Part shown: positions 58,284 to 64,000 of the stretch, one piece after another
Layout: each line of letters starts with the position of its first letter
How positions within the stretch are numbered: position 1 is the stretch's first letter
Assembly (NCBI GenBank): GCA_963693365.1
Contig: CAVNZM010000008.1
Coordinates: forward strand, 62,001 to 126,000
Origin: Amoebidium appalachense
Lineage: Eukaryota > Protista > Ichthyosporea
Direction of reading: 5' to 3'
DNA: 64,000 bases
The notes under the pieces: generated by a model
What the model was told of the DNA's origin: nothing
The model's database searches: none
The model's input: the letters and a program-made list of their open reading frames with translations, nothing else
Program-made: the position numbers and the translations under genes

Positions 58284-60818
58284 CTGTGGAAGGGGGGGGG
58301 GGTGAGCCGGTGTAAGGCGTGTGTGTGTGTGTGTGTGTGTGTGTCGTATGTGTGTGTGCTGGCAAGAAAACTACTTAGGTGGTGATCAAGGTGGTGGTGG
58401 TGTTGGGGGAGTACAGGGCTGAGAAATAAAAGGAGAGGAGTAAAAACAGACAGAAAAAGATGGCCTTTGCAGGCATGCAAGAAAAGAGGTAGACGAGGGG
58501 GGGGGGGGGGGGGGGGAGGGGTTGAATGCGCAATTAAGTCGAAGTACACATAAACAACAGACAACACGATGCAGAGTGCAAACCATACATCAAGAATATG
58601 CATCATATGCAGAGCTCATCCTCAGGTGGGGGCCCACGCCATCTACAGCAAGGTGGGAGCCACAGTGCAAGAGCAAGGGGGAAAGAGAGAGAGTGGGAGA
58701 GATGGGGGGAGGAGGGAGAGCGAAAGAGCGAAAGAGAGCGAGAGAGGGAGGGAAAGAGACGAAGAAGAGAAAGAGAAAGATAGGGGGGGACGGGTGGGGG
58801 GGGGGGGAAAGAGAAGAAGGGGGGAAGGGGGTAGTAAAGGGAGACAAACAGGAAAGGGAGGGGGGGGGGGGGAGGGGGGGGCAGCGAGGGAGAGAAAGAG
58901 CGGGGAGAGAGAGAAAGAGAGAGACAAAGGGAGAGGGAAAGAGGGGGGGTGAAGGGGGAGAGAGAGAGAGATAGATGGAGAAGAGCGAGAGAGTTGTTCT
59001 GTGTGTGTGTGTGTGTGAAGAGCAAGGAACAGAGAAAGAGAGAGAGGGAAAGAGGGGAGAAAGAGAGAGAGGGAAAGAGGGGGGGGTGGAGGGGGTGGAG
59101 GGCGAGAGAGAGAGAGAGAGAGAGAGAAGAGAGAGAGAGTTGTTCTGTGTGTGTGTGTGAAGAGCAAGGAACAGAGTGAATGTGAGAGAGTGAAAGCAAG
59201 AGGTACTGACAAAGAGGATCGAAGGGGTGAGGAGAACAGCGGGGGCACACAAAGGTAAGTTCCCGTTGCCCGAACAGCTACCGTGTAATACAATACTTCA
59301 CACCTCTCCACCCACTGTACACCACTACTGCCAACCTAACCTTCCAGCCAGCCACAAACAGAAAGCACGGATGCATGCAAGGGAGGCCACTAGCCCAAAA
59401 CAACCTGCTCTCATACATTTGTACCCCATCTCTACTTGTTGACCACACAGCCAACTACGCCCTTTTCATTCTTCGCCTCTCCCCCTCTACCCCTCAAACA
59501 AGCACACACACGTTCCACAACAACCAACAAGTCTTTAATACCCTGACCGGGTACGTGAGCTCCCTGAGCATGCATATCAGCGACTGCTAGTGTACCCCTC
59601 CCCCCCCCCCCCCCCCCTCCCCCCCCCCCCCCCCCCACCACCACCACCACGACCTCCACAGACGATGCACTTAAGGTCCACCCCTAACCAGCCTACTGCC
59701 AAGGACACCAACCACACGCTGACAAGCTCAACCCACTCCCTCTCCCTCCCCGTCCTGCACCTTCCGCCGCTGCATAGCCCTGCCAATCCTTTGCGCTTCA
59801 TGGTTCCCAACGCACGTACCTGTGTGTGTTGTTGCCTTTGTGCAGTGCGCACACAGAGGTGCTATTTGCCGTGCCGCCCGAAGCATGGTTTCCCTTTGTG
59901 CCCGTGGGCTATAAGCTCTAGTACGTGTGGAAGTGACAACCAGCAAACGCTCGCTAGGCGTCCGTGCCTGCGCTCGCTGCCCAAAAAGGTGCAGGCAGGG
60001 GGCTGAGGGGCACACAGGAGCAGGTCAGTGTGCACGTGGGAAGAACTGGATGGGCAAAGCCTATGCTGCACGGTGGGCTGTAGGCCTGTGGGGTGGGGTC
60101 TTGGCCGCTGCCTAACTACGTGCTTGGCTAGGAGGTTAGAAGTGCTCCCAGCGTAAAGAAAAAGCTATGCTAGCTGGGTGCGACGTGTATGTGCCTGCTG
60201 TGTGGAGATGTAAGTATACGTATTTGTAATGATACTGTGTGGCCACGATGTCACCCCTTATTCAGACCAGCAGTTTCATTTTGATAGACCCCAGCCTATA
60301 TTCGAGCCCCCCCAAAATCGCTTAGGCCAGGCACGCAGTCTCCCATGGCTGGAATACCATGGGAGCTCATGTATGTATGTCGATCCTTCACTGCAGCTCA
60401 GACCATGGTCAAAAGTTATATTGGCGTGCCGTAGAGGGTGGACGCACAATGCAGTCGTACTAACTAGCACTCTGAGCGGACATAGAGACAACATACACAC
60501 AGTGCCTGCTTGGTGCAGATCAGTACGGGCTCGTGAGCTCACGGGACAGGCCGGTTGGGGGGCAGAACGGGTGCCCGGGGTGCCACCTGAAACACAACAC
60601 ACTTGGCCAGTTGCGGCACCACACACACAGCAGACCACACACACACACACACACACGGACAGAGGGCACGGGGCCACACACGGTGCAGCAGGCAGACACC
60701 CACACACGGGTGCGGTAGCTACAGGTAGCTGGTGCAGATGAGTGTCCGTAACCGCTAGGGAGGGAGGGCCAGCATGGGCCGGTTAGGCGTGGGGCGGGCG
60801 TGAGCGTGGCGTGGCGTC

Positions 60819-61032
60819 ATGCGCAGTGCGGCCCGCGGGGTGTCTGCCGCCTACGGTGCCTGCCGCTGGCCTGCCCAGACATCGAGCCGGGGCCTGGGCC
60901 AGTTGGCCCTGGCTGCTGACAGCCCCGGCCCAGCCGGGCCACCAACCACACAGGCCCCAGCACCTGCAAGCAGAGCATGGTGTGTTTTTTGCAAACCCCC
61001 CCCCCCCCCCTCCCCCCCTCTCCCTCCCCTCT

Positions 61033-61063
<31 letters not shown>

Positions 61064-61664
61064 CCTGGCCGCGCGTGCCGCAACCTCGCCCCTCCAGCAC
61101 CTGTTACTTGGCCCCCTTCTTTACACACACACACACTTACTCACTTACACACTCATACACGCACATACATACACTCACTCACTCACACACTCACATACGC
61201 ATACACACAGCCACACACCCAAGACACACACACGCACACCCATCCTCCCAGCCACCTTCCTGCCATTCCCCTCCTCCCTGCCTGCCTGCCTTCTTTCTCC
61301 TTCCCTTGCAAACTCAGTGACCCCCGCCCCCTCCCCCCCCCGGCCGCCGCCCCCTACTTCTCGCCGCTGCCATTTTCTCCTTTTTTCCCGAATGTTGACT
61401 TCTCATCTGTCCTGAAAGGCTGCCAAAAGCTGTTAAGTGTAATAGAACCACCTTTTTGCTTTGTATGAGATACGAATTTCAACACCTGCTCCCTTGATTT
61501 CCGTCTCTTCGAAGCTTAAGAAACCGGCCGTTCGAAACATTTAACACACACAGGCTCGTGTACAGTTGTGCACCCGTGTTACCAATATGCCACCCACTCA
61601 GACATGCATGCCCGTATAAAGAAGACCCAACTCCTATCTATCCATTTATGCCGTCCTTTTGCAC

Positions 61665-61717
<53 letters not shown>

Positions 61718-62280
61718 ACACCGTGTGATCTTCCCCCTCCCCAAGTACACACACCCAAACAGTTTAACCACACTGCCCACCGAACACACAAAAAGCCACG
61801 TCAAACTCCCCCCCTCCCCCCTCTGCCACACACACAGCACCCATGCCGACACCACATTGGCCCTTTCAGTGAAAGGCTAACATGCTGCCAGTATTATCTG
61901 CAGCCACCCCTCACAACACCACTTCCCCAGCCACCCCACTAACCCCCCCCCCCCCTCCCCCCTCTCACAGGCATTACGGACCCTTTGGGCCGCACCTCAC
62001 ACGCACGCTGCAGCAGGCCAGTGGGCCCAGTCACGTGCTGGCCCTGGCCACGGCCAATGCCCACCTGCTGGGGCCCGGCCACCGGGCCACGTGTCTGGGG
62101 GTGCTGGCCGGCATGGCTGCACGGGGCCACACGGGCTGCTTGGGCCACCCGGCCTTCCACCGGCTGGTGGCCATGGCCAGGCCTCGTCTGATGACGCCAC
62201 GAGAGGTTGCGGAGGCGGCACGGGCATTGGGGGCACTGGGGGTTACGGACACAGGGGTGGTGGCCCAGTACTGTTACCAG
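60819..62280 (+). CDS. 5' part of a probable mitochondrial alpha-helical-repeat RNA-binding protein (FASTK/OPR/RAP-associated type); continues past the last exon found
   Basis: Exon 60819-60979 (Arg/Ser/Ala-rich presequence-like) splices in phase to 61971-62280: ..HPAFHRLVAMARPRLMTPREVAEAARALGALGV.., which resembles the PxEL...ALAxLG helical repeat. CTAAC branch point and GT/AG sites present. Confidence 0.55.
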
Positions 62281-62916
62281 GTGTGTGTGTGTGTGTGTGT
62301 GTGCGTGCATGTGTGTGTGTGTGTGTGTGTGTGTGCGTGCATGCGTACGTGCGTACTTGCTTCTGTGCGTTCTTGGGTGTGTGCTTGCGTGCGTGTGTGG
62401 GCGCATGGCCGGATGTCTGTATCTTCATCTGTTTCTTCTTTGGGTGTGTGTGGGTGAGCGGGCTAGTGGACCAGTGGGCCGGCAGGCAAGAGGGCGCAAA
62501 GGCACACTTTGTCTTGCACACTCTCTCTGCGTGTGTTAACGAATAAATGTTCAAAACTAAATTTCCTCATATACCATATATGGTATATGGGACTATTGGT
62601 CCGTTATATCCCCACCAATCAAATTGAGTGCGGCCAAGAACCATGCATGTGCATAACGGCAGATCGTAATCCCCCATACTCCCTAACTCCCGATACTCAG
62701 TGGGGGCCGATAATCCTACATATGAAATGTGATCAATTACATAGTGAAATTTCAAAATGAACCCTTTCTCTTTAAGGGGGGCAGGAGGGAGGGGGAGGGG
62801 GGGGGGGGGGGGGCATACACGTGCATTTGTGTATGTATGCATGTATTCGTGCTGAAAGGCAGTTGCGTGGATGCGTGAATACATGCTTGTGGGTGCTAGC
62901 ATGCCCGCCTGTATTC

Positions 62917-62961
<45 letters not shown>

Positions 62962-63735
62962 TTTTTTTTTTGCCTCGTATATGTTGTGGGCATGTGTTTG
63001 ATGTGTGCATGCATGCGCATGTTGCTTGGGTACTTCTGCTGCAGATGTGTATATGTGTGTATGCGTCCGGGAGGGAAGGGGGGGGGAGGGGGGGGGGGAC
63101 TGTTTGGGTATTGCTAGCAGTGTGTGAGTGTGTGTTTTGTGTGGTAGTATATGTGTGGGTGTGTCGTGAGGGTTGTAGGGAGGGGGGAGGAAAGGGACGT
63201 AAGGTGGGAAATGCAATGTAGTGCTGGTTAGTTGCCAATATGTGAATTGGTCTCGCTCTCTATCTCCCTCCCCCTCTCTCTCTCCCCCCCCTCCCCCCCC
63301 CTCCCCCTCTCTGTCTCTCTCTTCCTTCCTCCCTCTTCGCGTCTTTAAACCTCTCCCTCTCCGCGTCTGTGACCCTCTCCCTCTCTATCTCGCGCTCCCC
63401 TCTCCCCTCCCCCCCCCCCCCTCCCCCCCCCCCCCCCCCCACACGCACACATTCTCTCTCTCTCTTTCCTCCCTCTCTCCCTCCCATTCTCTCTCTCAAT
63501 TTCTCTCACTCCCTTCCTCCCCCCCCCCACCCCCCCCCCCCCCCCCCCCCCCCTCCCCTCCCCCTTTCTCTCTTTACTGCCCTATTCCTCCCACTCCCCA
63601 TCTCTCACTCCCGGGCCCTACCGTTGTTTCACTCGGCTCACTCCCTCTCCTGCTCGTTTCTTCTCCCTCTCTTGCCCTGGCCCCTTTTCGCTTTTCCTGA
63701 TAACTTCTTCCCCTCCTACCCCTCTTTCTCTCTCT

Positions 63736-63766
<31 letters not shown>

Positions 63767-63804
63767 TCCATTAATCTCTGGCTCCTTTCTCTCTCCCCCC
63801 CCCC

Positions 63805-63839
<35 letters not shown>

Positions 63840-64000
63840 TTTCTCCTCTCTCTTTCGTTGAATGAAGGCGGGAGAGGTCTAAAGTACCGGTTAGTTGGGG
63901 AATTTTTTTTGAAGTTTGCGCAGTGGGTGCTAGAGGATTTTTGTTTTTTTCCTTGTGTCAACCCGCCTCCCCCCCCCCCCCCCCCCCCCCCCCATGGAAT

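Overview
Eukaryotic, intron-rich DNA saturated with (CA)n/(TG)n, (TC)n and poly-G/poly-C tracts. It is most consistent with a non-animal opisthokont protist (inference only; an ichthyosporean is a candidate). Almost all ORFs in the supplied track are simple-repeat artefacts. Host genes assembled by hand from splice sites: ER HSP90 (GRP94/endoplasmin, KDEL; 2683-11634 +), an intronless C2H2 zinc-finger gene (30858-31544 -), a multi-exon Rho-like GTPase-fold gene with degenerate nucleotide-binding motifs (37185-45450 -), an IGR-motif mitoribosomal mS41/FYV4-like gene (54755 to beyond 58283, -), and the first two coding exons of a mitochondrial helical-repeat (FASTK/OPR-like) gene (60819 onward, +). 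Mobile DNA: an inactivated Ty1/copia element (18090-26832) whose 5' LTR is split by a second, antisense, non-autonomous copia-type element (18188-21981); an APE+RT non-LTR retrotransposon present as one full-length copy (46850-51615 -) and two ~1.2-kb 5'-truncated copies; and several MITE-like foldbacks and intronic dispersed repeats. The most unusual signal is the terminal architecture of the non-LTR element. Its A-tract is internal and followed by a conserved ~195-nt tail, and a two-hairpin module starting with AACCAG occurs both at the extreme 5' end and in the 3' UTR.
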